DNA from: Candidatus Moraniibacteriota bacterium | Lineage (GTDB): Bacteria > Patescibacteriota > Minisyncoccia > Moranbacterales > JAPLXC01 | Length of the DNA stretch: 64,000 bases | Direction of reading: 5' to 3' | Assembly: GCA_026396275.1 (NCBI GenBank) | Contig: JAPLXC010000019.1 | Span: 355 to 64,354, forward strand | Shown here: positions 1 through 8,095 of the stretch, one piece after another | Layout of the letters: each line of letters starts with the position of its first letter | How positions within the stretch are numbered: position 1 is the first letter of the stretch | The notes under the pieces: generated by a model | What the model was told of the DNA's origin: nothing | The model's database searches: none | Seen by the model: the letters and a program-made list of their open reading frames with translations, nothing else | Made by a program: the position numbers and the translations under genes

Positions 1-1
1 T

Positions 2-502
2 AAAAACGAGTGTCAGGTTGTTTATATTTTGTCTCGAATTAGAAAAATTTTAGAAATTAAAAATCAGAAAGATAAATACGAACTTCTTAATTTTTATTGT
101 AACTGGTCATTGCATGTTAATTTGAAATATAAAAATACAACGCAATTTATATCAAAAATGTTCGATCAATATATTGAATTTACGAAAAGTGAGAAGGATA
201 TTGCTCGCGAAATGAAATCTAATCATGCCGATTTTTTTAAGCTCAATGATTTAAAAAACGAGCTAAGGAAATTTTTTGAAGTCCATGATTTGCCATTAAA
301 CTTAGTAGATAAAAACAAATATTGGATTACTTTTATAAAGTTGCTTCTGGAAATAATTGAAGAATGTCCAGTTATTTGTATTAAAAGTTCAAAGAAAATA
401 GAAAGATTGACCCTGATAAAAAATAAAAAAGGAGATTATTGTTATAAATTTAATTTGATTAATTTAAGGCATAAACCAATCATAAAATTAAAGTTCAAAT
501 AA
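2..502 (+). CDS. Hypothetical protein, probably a C-terminal fragment; the frame is open back to the window edge and the listed start is TTG
   Basis: ORF track 29..502. No in-frame stop between positions 2 and 29. Very AT-rich coding sequence. No recognisable motif. Confidence 0.35.
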   Translation, partial: KNECQVVYILSRIRKILEIKNQKDKYELLNFYCNWSLHVNLKYKNTTQFISKMFDQYIEFTKSEKDIAREMKSNHADFFKLNDLKNELRKFFEVHDLPLNLVDKNKYWITFIKLLLEIIEECPVICIKSSKKIERLTLIKNKKGDYCYKFNLINLRHKPIIKLKFK

Positions 503-605
503 AATAATATCTAAAAAAATTTTTAGGCAGCGTGCCAGCCTTGTTGGCACAAAATCCGGTGGGGGAAAATATCTTTTCTAAAAAAGTTATTGCTAAATAA
601 AATTT

Positions 606-1376
606 ATGGATCCATTATCAATTTTGTCTGCAGTTCCAACTATCTGGGATTTTTTTAGACGATTACTAAAAGCGTTACCTAAGGCGATTACCTCCCATAG
701 TCTTAAAAAGTTTTTTGGTAAGCATTTTTTTGATAATAAAAAAATCTATCTGGTACTTGATACATACAGAGATTCACGACCCAGAACAGACAATCGTTAT
801 TATAAGGATTACCCGAATAGAGGAAAAGGACGACAGCCTCTTATAGGTGGTGATATAATTTATGGAACATTTGCTCCCAAATTCGTATCTTTATTTGAGT
901 CAAAATTTTCTGATTTCCGCAAGGGTCAATTTAATGTTGTGATAGACGAAGAGGTAGACACGGTTATGGATGCTACACTAGTTTGTTATGGGAGTTCAGA
1001 TTCAAATCTTAAAACATTTGATATTGAAAAAGAGTATGGCGGGAAATATTACGAATTCGTTTTTGGGAATAATAGACGGAGAGCTTTTAAAATGAAAGGT
1101 AGAATTTTTGAATTTAAACAAGGTACTCCCGCTAAAGATAGAGCAGTATTGCTAAAGATAAAGAATCCAAACGATAAAGAACATTCCTTAATTGTTTGCG
1201 CTGGACTTTCTGAATGGGGATCTCTTGCGGCTGCATACTATTTAGTTAATAATTGGCGAACGCTTTATAAGGATTACAAACAGAAAAACTTCTGCTTACT
1301 TTTTGAGATTACCTATGGTCAATTCGAAAATGCAAATGTTTTAGAAAGAATTACAGAGGAAGATATTGATAAATGA
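606..1376 (+). CDS. Hypothetical protein of the AT-rich island; the C-terminus has a Rossmann-like beta-strand followed by a Gly loop (HSLIVCAGLSEWGSLAAAYYL)
   Basis: 256-aa ORF. The strand-plus-Gly-loop motif resembles nucleotide-binding or sensor folds (SLOG/DprA/LOG-like), but this is inference only. Low GC relative to neighbours. Confidence 0.45.
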   Translation: MDPLSILSAVPTIWDFFRRLLKALPKAITSHSLKKFFGKHFFDNKKIYLVLDTYRDSRPRTDNRYYKDYPNRGKGRQPLIGGDIIYGTFAPKFVSLFESKFSDFRKGQFNVVIDEEVDTVMDATLVCYGSSDSNLKTFDIEKEYGGKYYEFVFGNNRRRAFKMKGRIFEFKQGTPAKDRAVLLKIKNPNDKEHSLIVCAGLSEWGSLAAAYYLVNNWRTLYKDYKQKNFCLLFEITYGQFENANVLERITEEDIDK

Positions 1377-1378
1377 AA

Positions 1379-1408
1379 TCACTTGAGGACTGTCCTCGCC
1401 TCGGCCAT
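1379..1408. repeat. 30-bp direct repeat copy A (tcacttgaggactgtcctcgcctcggccat) containing the GAGGAC/GTCCTC hairpin
   Basis: 27 of 30 positions match the copy at 2239-2267. Together the two copies bracket ORF 1431..2201. Confidence 0.8.
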
Positions 1409-1430
1409 TTTATAAAAAAATGTTATAAAG

Positions 1431-2201
1431 ATGAAACAACTAGAATTTGAAGGAGAATTAAAATGGATTTCTCCGAACAAAATTATCAAAGAGGGTGGCT
1501 ATAATGTGGATAATGAAGTGGCTAGTTTTTTTATAGGATTCGGGGTTATTTTTAATGACCTAAAAGATCTAATTTTATTTGAACAATTGCTCATTAATAA
1601 TTATCGTAAACCGAAGGAAAAAAAGGCGTCTGTTCACTCAGGAAGTTATAATGGAATAATTGTTCATATAAACAAATTAATAGCCAGTACTATTCATGAA
1701 TTTTTTAAATTTTTGAATAAAAATAAAAAAATTTTAGGCACAAGAGAGTTTAACGAAATATTAAATAAGCTTCCCGCAGAAGAAAAAATAATATGGAATG
1801 GACTTGTTGCTGCCTCTCAGGGTAATTTGTTAAAGGCCTTAAATTTTTTAAAAACTATCGTCCGTATTAGAAGTAATATAGCTTTTCATTATGATCATTC
1901 TGGAAAAATTTTAAAAAGAGGATATAAAAGTCGATTTTTTGGTGAATATAAAGATGATAGTAATAAATGTGCTTATTATTCTATAGGGGATAAAATCGAA
2001 CTTACTAGATTTTTCTTTGCTGACGCGGTTGTTGAAGAATCTCTATTTATCGAAGCAGGAAAGGAAGAGAAAAAGAAGTTTATAGAGGATATGAGCTTGA
2101 TAAAATATCAAGCTCAATTAAGAGAGACTGTTAATGTTGTAACTAAAATTATAAAGCTTTTGTTGAAAAATTTTTTACAATCACGGCGTAACCGTCCGTG
2201 A
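1431..2201 (+). CDS. Hypothetical alpha-helical protein with a HEPN-like Rx5H motif (VRIRSNIAFHYD); candidate RNase effector
   Basis: 256-aa ORF flanked by near-identical 30-bp direct repeats at 1379-1408 and 2239-2267. The Rx4-6H pattern is characteristic of HEPN domains. AT-rich. Confidence 0.45.
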   Translation: MKQLEFEGELKWISPNKIIKEGGYNVDNEVASFFIGFGVIFNDLKDLILFEQLLINNYRKPKEKKASVHSGSYNGIIVHINKLIASTIHEFFKFLNKNKKILGTREFNEILNKLPAEEKIIWNGLVAASQGNLLKALNFLKTIVRIRSNIAFHYDHSGKILKRGYKSRFFGEYKDDSNKCAYYSIGDKIELTRFFFADAVVEESLFIEAGKEEKKKFIEDMSLIKYQAQLRETVNVVTKIIKLLLKNFLQSRRNRP

Positions 2202-2238
2202 TTACGTAATTAATTACCCCGTAAAATCCGCGGCGGAT

Positions 2239-2267
2239 CACTCGAGGACCGTCCTCGCTTCGGCCAT
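2239..2267. repeat. 30-bp direct repeat copy B (tcactcgaggaccgtcctcgcttcggccat)
   Basis: See copy A. Immediately followed by a palindromic element. Confidence 0.8.
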
Positions 2268-2278
2268 CAAATCTAATA

Positions 2279-2304
2279 GTTGCTATGGATTGCGTACGCA
2301 ATTT
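2279..2304. repeat. Palindromic element, truncated copy (gttgctatggattgcgtacgcaattt)
   Basis: Matches the near-perfect 37-nt palindrome at 37642-37678 (GGTTGCTAT-aa-ATTGCGTACGCAAT-cc-ATAGCAACC). Confidence 0.7.
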
Positions 2305-2402
2305 ATAAGAGTCATTAAGTTTTTTATCTACGTAGATACCTATGTAGATCCGAAACTTGGCCGGCCCCGGGAGAGCTGGGTTTTTTTGGTTTCTTTAAGC
2401 CC

Positions 2403-2459
2403 TTGACAAAACGCCTAATTTGACTATAATATTGATGTTTTGAATGGAATTGGTATAAT
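2403..2459 (+). promoter_or_regulatory. Tandem sigma70-like promoters upstream of the RNase P RNA
   Basis: TTGACA at 2403-2408, 16-nt spacer, TATAAT at 2425-2430. A second pair: TTGATG at 2432-2437 and TATAAT at 2454-2459. Confidence 0.5.
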
Positions 2460-2467
2460 AATAGCGT

Positions 2468-2762
2468 GTTCTTTTTAGGTCTAATACTCATCAAGGCAAG
2501 CTGGGCAATTACTCTTCTGCAGGGTTCTGCAGCGGGGAGGAAAGTCCGGACATTCGGTCCCGCTTTGGCGGGACAAGGGTAGCGGGTAACGCCCGTCTAG
2601 AGTAATCTAAGAGGTGCGAGCAGAAACGCCGCGTGGCGAAAGCTTTACGCGGGGACCCCATCCCAAGCTAGGTGGTCCAACTCCGCTATAGGGATAAAAA
2701 GGCGGAGATGAAACGGCTAAATCCTTACCTGAATGCAAGGTCGTACTGCCAATGCTTTGCGT
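2468..2762 (+). ncRNA. rnpB: RNase P RNA (bacterial type A-like, compact); boundaries approximate
   Basis: P4 5' strand GGAGGAAAGTCCGGAC at 2536-2550 preceded by the P3 hairpin CTGCAG-ggtt-CTGCAG. AGGGTAGCGGGTAACGCCCG matches the conserved GGUAACGCC region. P4 3'-strand-like GAAACGGCTAAAT at 2709-2721. The minus-strand ORF 2607..2831 is spurious. Confidence 0.75.
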
Positions 2763-3041
2763 TGGCTTTGTGCCGCTAGAGCTCCGCAGTAATGCGGAGT
2801 CGAGATTAATGATTGCCACCGATGTGTTCACCTTGATGTCACCCCAGCACCTTTTCCGGGTATAAATTTACCTATAATGGAAACTTGTTTCACGGAACGG
2901 CTTCGCCTGAACAGGAAATGATATGAAATTTGTACTTAGAAAAGGTGCGGGGTGCTCAATGTGTTACCGAAATTAAAATTTCGAACACATTGGCACAGAA
3001 TCCGGCTTATGGCTTGTCTTGATAAGTATTGGACTTAATTT

Positions 3042-4454
3042 ATGAAAAAGTCAGAATTATTTTTTAGCGCGTTTCAGGTGCCAGTGGACTTTGCAATGAT
3101 TATTCTGGCGGCAATCACCGCTTTTGCCATCCGCGACATTCCCCAGATTTTGGCGCTCAAACCCAAACTGTATAATTTTCCCTTTGAGAGCTACGTTGAA
3201 ATTGCACTTTTAGTAGCTCCTTTTTTTATTCTTATTTACGCCTTGGAAGGGCTTTATGACATCCGGTCAACCAGGAAAATTTGGAAAGAAATAGTAAAGG
3301 TCTTCGTAGCCACTTCAATCGGCCTGGTCATAATTATTGTTGCCATATTTCTTAAGCGCGAATGGTTTTCTTCGCGTTTTATAATTTTAGCCGGCTGGTT
3401 TTTTATGGTCGTTTATGTCGTGATAGCCAGATTTATTCTCCAAAATATCCAGAAGGTGCTTTTGGTTAAAAAAGGAATTGGCATCCACCGGGTGCTTCTC
3501 ATTGGCCGCAACGGTAAAATTGATGAAATTGGCAGAGTGATAAAGGAAAAGCCAAAGCTGGGTTATAAAATTGTCGGGCAGATTGATACCGGAAGCGTGA
3601 AGGCGGTGAAGCAAATTCGCGGGGCTGAGGGAGTAGATGAAATTATCGTCTGCGATCCGACGCTTACCGATGCCGAGCAGGAAAAATTGGTTGATTATTG
3701 CGCGATCAATAACGTTTCCTATAAATTTATTCCCACTACTCTCCAGACATCTCAGCTGGAAATCGGGATGCTGGACGGCGAGCCCATTATTGAGGTTCAG
3801 CATACTCCTTTGGAAGGGTGGGGAAGGATACTCAAAAGAATCTTTGACATTGCGGGATCAGCCGCACTGATTATTATTTTCTCTCCGGTTATGATTGTTA
3901 CGGCCATAATTATTTGGCTTGAGGGAGAGGGGCCGATTATTTATAAGAACGAACGGATAGGAAACGACGGGAAAAAATTTTACGCCTGCAAATTCCGCTA
4001 TATGAAATGGCGTTACAGCATCCATCGTGACAATCCGAATTTAAAAGAAGCGCTTGAATACGAACAAGAACTAATCAGGGAACGGAGCGTCCGCCAGGGA
4101 CCCCTTTATAAAATCAAAAACGACCCTCGCAAGACCACTTTTGGAAAATTTATTGAAAAGTATTCTATTGACGAACTCCCGCAATTTTTTAATGTATTAA
4201 AAGGCGACATGAGCTTGGTTGGGCCGCGCCCCCATCAGGAAAGGGAAGTGGAAAAATACCGCGAATATCACCGCCGGCTGCTCACCATCAAACCGGGGAT
4301 AACCGGCATGGCGCAAGTGGCGGGCCGGTCCGATCTTGATTTCGAGGACGAATATAAAATGGATGTCTATTACATTGAAAACTGGTCGCTGTGGCTGGAT
4401 ATCCAGCTTTGCCTGAAAACCGTCGGAGTGATTTTCAGAAGGAGGAAAAATTGA
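3042..4454 (+). CDS. Polyprenyl glycosylphosphotransferase (bacterial sugar transferase, WbaP/EPS family)
   Basis: N-terminal TM segments. C-terminal bac_transf motifs DELPQFFNVLKGDMSLVGPRP and KPGITGMAQV. Confidence 0.85.
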   Translation: MKKSELFFSAFQVPVDFAMIILAAITAFAIRDIPQILALKPKLYNFPFESYVEIALLVAPFFILIYALEGLYDIRSTRKIWKEIVKVFVATSIGLVIIIVAIFLKREWFSSRFIILAGWFFMVVYVVIARFILQNIQKVLLVKKGIGIHRVLLIGRNGKIDEIGRVIKEKPKLGYKIVGQIDTGSVKAVKQIRGAEGVDEIIVCDPTLTDAEQEKLVDYCAINNVSYKFIPTTLQTSQLEIGMLDGEPIIEVQHTPLEGWGRILKRIFDIAGSAALIIIFSPVMIVTAIIIWLEGEGPIIYKNERIGNDGKKFYACKFRYMKWRYSIHRDNPNLKEALEYEQELIRERSVRQGPLYKIKNDPRKTTFGKFIEKYSIDELPQFFNVLKGDMSLVGPRPHQEREVEKYREYHRRLLTIKPGITGMAQVAGRSDLDFEDEYKMDVYYIENWSLWLDIQLCLKTVGVIFRRRKN

Positions 4455-4456
4455 AG

Positions 4457-4485
4457 TTGACAATTTTCAAAAGATTAGTTATAAT
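4457..4485 (+). promoter_or_regulatory. Sigma70-like promoter for the khpA-trmD unit
   Basis: TTGACA at 4457-4462, 17-nt spacer, TATAAT at 4480-4485. A leader hairpin AAGGTT-tagtca-AACCTT lies at about 4512-4530. Confidence 0.5.
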
Positions 4486-4569
4486 AGGCGATGAGAGATT
4501 GCGAAAAGGAAGGTTTAGTCAACCTTTCGGTCATTCCACTCTCCGTAATCAGTAATAATCAGTACTAAT

Positions 4570-4899
4570 ATGGCGAAAGAGAGCTATACTGATCAGGAAT
4601 TCCTTGAGTACACCGTGAAGTTGCTCGTGGACACTCCTGACGCAGTAAAAGTCGAAAGAAAGATTGATGAAATGGGAGTACTCATCACACTCCAGGTCGA
4701 TCCCAAGGACATGGGTATGGTCATCGGTCGAGAAGGTGCGACCGCCAAGGCCCTGCGAACAATCCTCCGAGTTATCGGCGCAAGAAACAATGCCCGTGTT
4801 AACCTCAAGATCAATGAGCCGGAAGGATCCGAGCGACCTAATCGCAGTCAAGAAGGAAGAAAAAGCATAGAAGATGTGGTCGGAGACATAAAGATTTAA
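4570..4899 (+). CDS. khpA: KH-domain RNA-binding protein KhpA (YlqC/UPF0109)
   Basis: GMVIGREGATAKALRTILRV KH motif. Conserved position upstream of trmD. Confidence 0.8.
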   Translation: MAKESYTDQEFLEYTVKLLVDTPDAVKVERKIDEMGVLITLQVDPKDMGMVIGREGATAKALRTILRVIGARNNARVNLKINEPEGSERPNRSQEGRKSIEDVVGDIKI

Positions 4900-4981
4900 A
4901 ATGCTTTGAATCATTTTCTTTTAGCAAAAAAGCCACAACCGTGGCTTTTTTGTTTCGGGAAAGCGTGATATTATTAGGAAT

Positions 4982-5662
4982 ATGAAAGTAAAATTTCACA
5001 TAATTACCCTGTTTCCTCAAATGTTTGAAGGGTATTTTTCCCATTCGATTTTGAAAAAAGCCGAGAAAAAAGGCCTTATTGACGTTAAGGTTTATAACCT
5101 GCGCGATTACACTGCCGACAAACACCGCACAGCCGACGATACGCCGTACGGCGGGGGAGCCGGGATGGTGTTGAAAATTGAACCGATTTATAGATGCGTG
5201 CAAGATTTAAAATCAAAAATCAAAAATCAAAAATCAAAATTAAGGATAGCTTTGTTCTCTGCTAAGGGAAAGAAATATACACAAAAGGAAGCTGAAAGAT
5301 TGGTAAAGTATAATGACCTAATACTGATTTGCGGCAGGTATGAAGGAGTAGATGAGCGGGTAGCCAAATACATTGCTGATGAGGAAATTTCAATTGGCGA
5401 TTATGTATTGACTGGAGGAGAAATCCCAGCGATGATTTTGGTTGATTCAATAGCCCGCCTAATACCCGGGGTCTTAAGCAATACAGAAAGCTTGAAAAGC
5501 GAGTCGCACAGTAACGAGGGATACCTGGAATATCCACAATACACCAAGCCCGAAAATTTTCGCGGCTGGAAGGTGCCGAAAATTTTGCTAAGCGGAAATC
5601 ATAAGAGGATCGAGGAATGGAGAATTAAAAGTTCAAAAATTAAAATTCAAAAATCAAAATGA
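4982..5662 (+). CDS. trmD: tRNA (guanine37-N1)-methyltransferase TrmD, carrying in-frame heptamer-repeat insertions
   Basis: [27 protein letters not shown] and [12 protein letters not shown] motifs. The [10 protein letters not shown] insert is encoded by (AAAATCA)n. Confidence 0.9.
   Translation: MKVKFHIITLFPQMFEGYFSHSILKKAEKKGLIDVKVYNLRDYTADKHRTADDTPYGGGAGMVLKIEPIYRCVQDLKSKIKNQKSKLRIALFSAKGKKYTQKEAERLVKYNDLILICGRYEGVDERVAKYIADEEISIGDYVLTGGEIPAMILVDSIARLIPGVLSNTESLKSESHSNEGYLEYPQYTKPENFRGWKVPKILLSGNHKRIEEWRIKSSKIKIQKSK
5207..5241. repeat. (AAAATCA)n heptanucleotide microsatellite, about 4.5 units, in frame inside trmD
   Basis: Read directly from the sequence. Encodes [10 protein letters not shown]. 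Confidence 0.9.
5628..5660. repeat. Degenerate AAAATCA/AAAATTA repeats at the trmD 3' end, encoding [11 protein letters not shown]
   Basis: Read directly. An inverted copy (cattttgatatttacattttg) lies downstream at about 5700-5740. Confidence 0.7.
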
Positions 5663-5742
5663 CATATCAAAGTGTAAAAAGAATAAAATCATTTTTTATT
5701 TTACATTGTCATTTTGCATTTTGATATTTACATTTTGCATTA

Positions 5743-6855
5743 ATGGTCATGTCTCAAAATCAGCCCGACAAAAAACTGCTTTTCACCGTCTTTGCACTGA
5801 TAATATTTGGTTTAGTTATGATCGCCAGCGCCGGGGTGGTGTATTCGCAAACCCGCTTTGGCGACCAGTATTATTTCTTCAAGCATCAGCTTTTTTTTGG
5901 CGTTATTCCCGGACTGGTGGCGCTTTATATTTTCCAGAAAATTGACTATCATTTTTGGAAAAAGATGGCAACGCCCTTTTTCATTCTTTCCCTGGTCTTG
6001 CTGGTCTTAGTGTTTGTTCCCGGCATTGGAGCCAAGGCCTACGGCGCCAGCCGCTGGATTCAATTAGGTTCATTTTCCTTTCAGCCGGCAGAGATGATGA
6101 AATTGGCAATCGTGCTTTACTTGGCGGCCTGGCTGGAAAGCCGCGGATGGAGAAAGGCAAGGGATTTTTTTGAAGGTCTTCTGCCCTTTTTGGTTATCAT
6201 GGGTGCTGTGGGCTTTCTGATTATTAAACAGCCAAATATAGGCACATTGGGAGTAATTATCCTGACTTCCCTTACTATTTATTTCATTGCCGGAGCGCGG
6301 CTCTCTCATATGATCTCTCTAATTTCCGCCGGGGTGCTGCTTTTGGTAGTTCTTGTTAAAATAGCGCCTTATCGTTTTAGCCGCTTTCTTGTCTTTCTCA
6401 ATCCCCAGCTTGATCCCCGAGGAATCGGATATCAGATCAATCAGGCGCTTTTAGCCATTGGCTCGGGAGGGATTTTTGGACTAGGACTGGGACATAGCCG
6501 CCAAAAGTTTAATTATCTTCCCGAGCCAACTGGGGATTCAATTTTTGCTATAATAGGAGAAGAGTTAGGCATTATTGGAGCGGGTCTAATTATCCTCCTT
6601 TTTGTTGCTCTGGCTTTTCGGGGATTAAAGATTGCCGCCAGTGCTCCTGATAATTTTGGAAGGTTAGCAGCCGGCGGAGTTACTGCTTGGATTGTTATTC
6701 AGGCCTTTGTTAACATTTCAGCCATCACGGGAATTATTCCGCTTACGGGCATTCCGTTGCCGTTTATCAGCTACGGCGGAACCTCACTGATGTTCGTAAT
6801 GGCAGGGGTCGGGATATTGCTTAATATTTCAAAACAAGCAAAAATGGAATCATAA
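5743..6855 (+). CDS. ftsW: SEDS-family peptidoglycan glycosyltransferase FtsW (FtsW/RodA/SpoVE)
   Basis: Polytopic membrane protein with the typical N-terminus and a C-terminal GIIPLTGIPLPFISYGG motif. Sits in ftsW-murG-murC synteny. Confidence 0.85.
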   Translation: MVMSQNQPDKKLLFTVFALIIFGLVMIASAGVVYSQTRFGDQYYFFKHQLFFGVIPGLVALYIFQKIDYHFWKKMATPFFILSLVLLVLVFVPGIGAKAYGASRWIQLGSFSFQPAEMMKLAIVLYLAAWLESRGWRKARDFFEGLLPFLVIMGAVGFLIIKQPNIGTLGVIILTSLTIYFIAGARLSHMISLISAGVLLLVVLVKIAPYRFSRFLVFLNPQLDPRGIGYQINQALLAIGSGGIFGLGLGHSRQKFNYLPEPTGDSIFAIIGEELGIIGAGLIILLFVALAFRGLKIAASAPDNFGRLAAGGVTAWIVIQAFVNISAITGIIPLTGIPLPFISYGGTSLMFVMAGVGILLNISKQAKMES

Positions 6856-6928
6856 GTCATGAGTTATGAATTATGGACAGGGAGAAATATTCCTAATTCA
6901 TAATTCCTAATTCATAATTCAAAAATAT

Positions 6929-8035
6929 ATGCGTATTGTTCTAACCGGCGGCGGAACAGGCGGGCACATATTTCCTCTTGTTGCCGTAGCCCAAGAGTTA
7001 AGAAAAAAACTGAGGGAAGAAGCAGAGATTCTCTACGTGGGGTCGCGGGGAGAATTGGAAAAGGAGGTTATGGTCAAAGAAGGGATCCCGGCCAAGCACG
7101 TTTTGAGCGGCAAAAAGCGGCGTTATTTTTCGCTGCAGAACTTTTTGGATTTTTTTAAAATCCCCCTTGGATTTATTCAGTCGCTCTGGATACTTCTTTG
7201 GTATATGCCGGATGTAGTTTTTTCCAAAGGAGGATATGCGTCTATTCCAGTAGTGCTGGCGGCCTGGCTCTACCGCATTCCGGTAATGATTCACGAGTCC
7301 GACGCGGTTCCCGGAACCGCTAATCAGATACTGGCCAAATTTTCCCAGCGGATAGCCGCGGCCTATCCTTCAGCGGAGCAGTACTTTCCGCACTCCCAAG
7401 TGGTGCTTACCGGCAATCCGGTCCGCTCTGAAGTGTCCAAAGGAAGTGCTCATTCCGCCCGGACGAAATTTGAATTTACTGAATCAAAACCTGTGATATT
7501 GGTAATGGGAGGAAGCCAGGGAGCTCAAATCATCAATCGGGCAATTGTTAAAATTCTTCCGCGTCTTTTGGAGCGCGCTCAAGTTGTTCATCAGACCGGA
7601 GAAAAAAATTATGATGAAGTGGTTCATTTAGCGGCAGAATACGGAATTAAAGCGGGAAGAGAGGGATACGCGCCGGTAAGATTTTTAGGCATAGATGACT
7701 TAAAAAATGTTTACGCGGCAGCCATGCTTGTCGTCAGCCGGGCGGGAGCTAATTCCATCGCTGAAATTGCCGCCAATGGAAAAACGGCTGTTCTTGTTCC
7801 TCTGGAAAATTCTGCCAATGATCATCAGCGAATGAATGCTTATGAAATTGCGCGGATTGGTGGTGCGCTGGTGCTGGAAGAAACTAACTTAGGCGAAAAT
7901 ATTTTACTGGATAAAATAATAATGCTTTTGGACGATGAAGAGTTGCGAGGCGCGATGGGCCAAAAAATTCGCGTTTTCCATCACTCCGATGCGGCGGAAA
8001 AAATCGCGGACGGGTTAATTGAACTAGTTCACTAA
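6929..8035 (+). CDS. murG: Undecaprenyldiphospho-muramoylpentapeptide beta-N-acetylglucosaminyltransferase MurG
   Basis: MRIVLTGGGTGGHIFP N-terminus and the GT28 C-terminal domain. Confidence 0.9.
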   Translation: MRIVLTGGGTGGHIFPLVAVAQELRKKLREEAEILYVGSRGELEKEVMVKEGIPAKHVLSGKKRRYFSLQNFLDFFKIPLGFIQSLWILLWYMPDVVFSKGGYASIPVVLAAWLYRIPVMIHESDAVPGTANQILAKFSQRIAAAYPSAEQYFPHSQVVLTGNPVRSEVSKGSAHSARTKFEFTESKPVILVMGGSQGAQIINRAIVKILPRLLERAQVVHQTGEKNYDEVVHLAAEYGIKAGREGYAPVRFLGIDDLKNVYAAAMLVVSRAGANSIAEIAANGKTAVLVPLENSANDHQRMNAYEIARIGGALVLEETNLGENILLDKIIMLLDDEELRGAMGQKIRVFHHSDAAEKIADGLIELVH

Positions 8036-8095
8036 TGAATCGCGAATGGCAAAACAATATTCGCGAATATAGTTTTAACATTTGCGCTGATTCGC

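Noticed and set aside
2607-2831. 74-aa minus-strand ORF
   Set aside because: It lies entirely inside the RNase P RNA gene on the opposite strand and has no RBS. It is a spurious ORF in structured RNA.
3387-3803. 138-aa minus-strand ORF inside the sugar transferase gene
   Set aside because: It lies fully within a well-supported plus-strand gene and has no independent signals.
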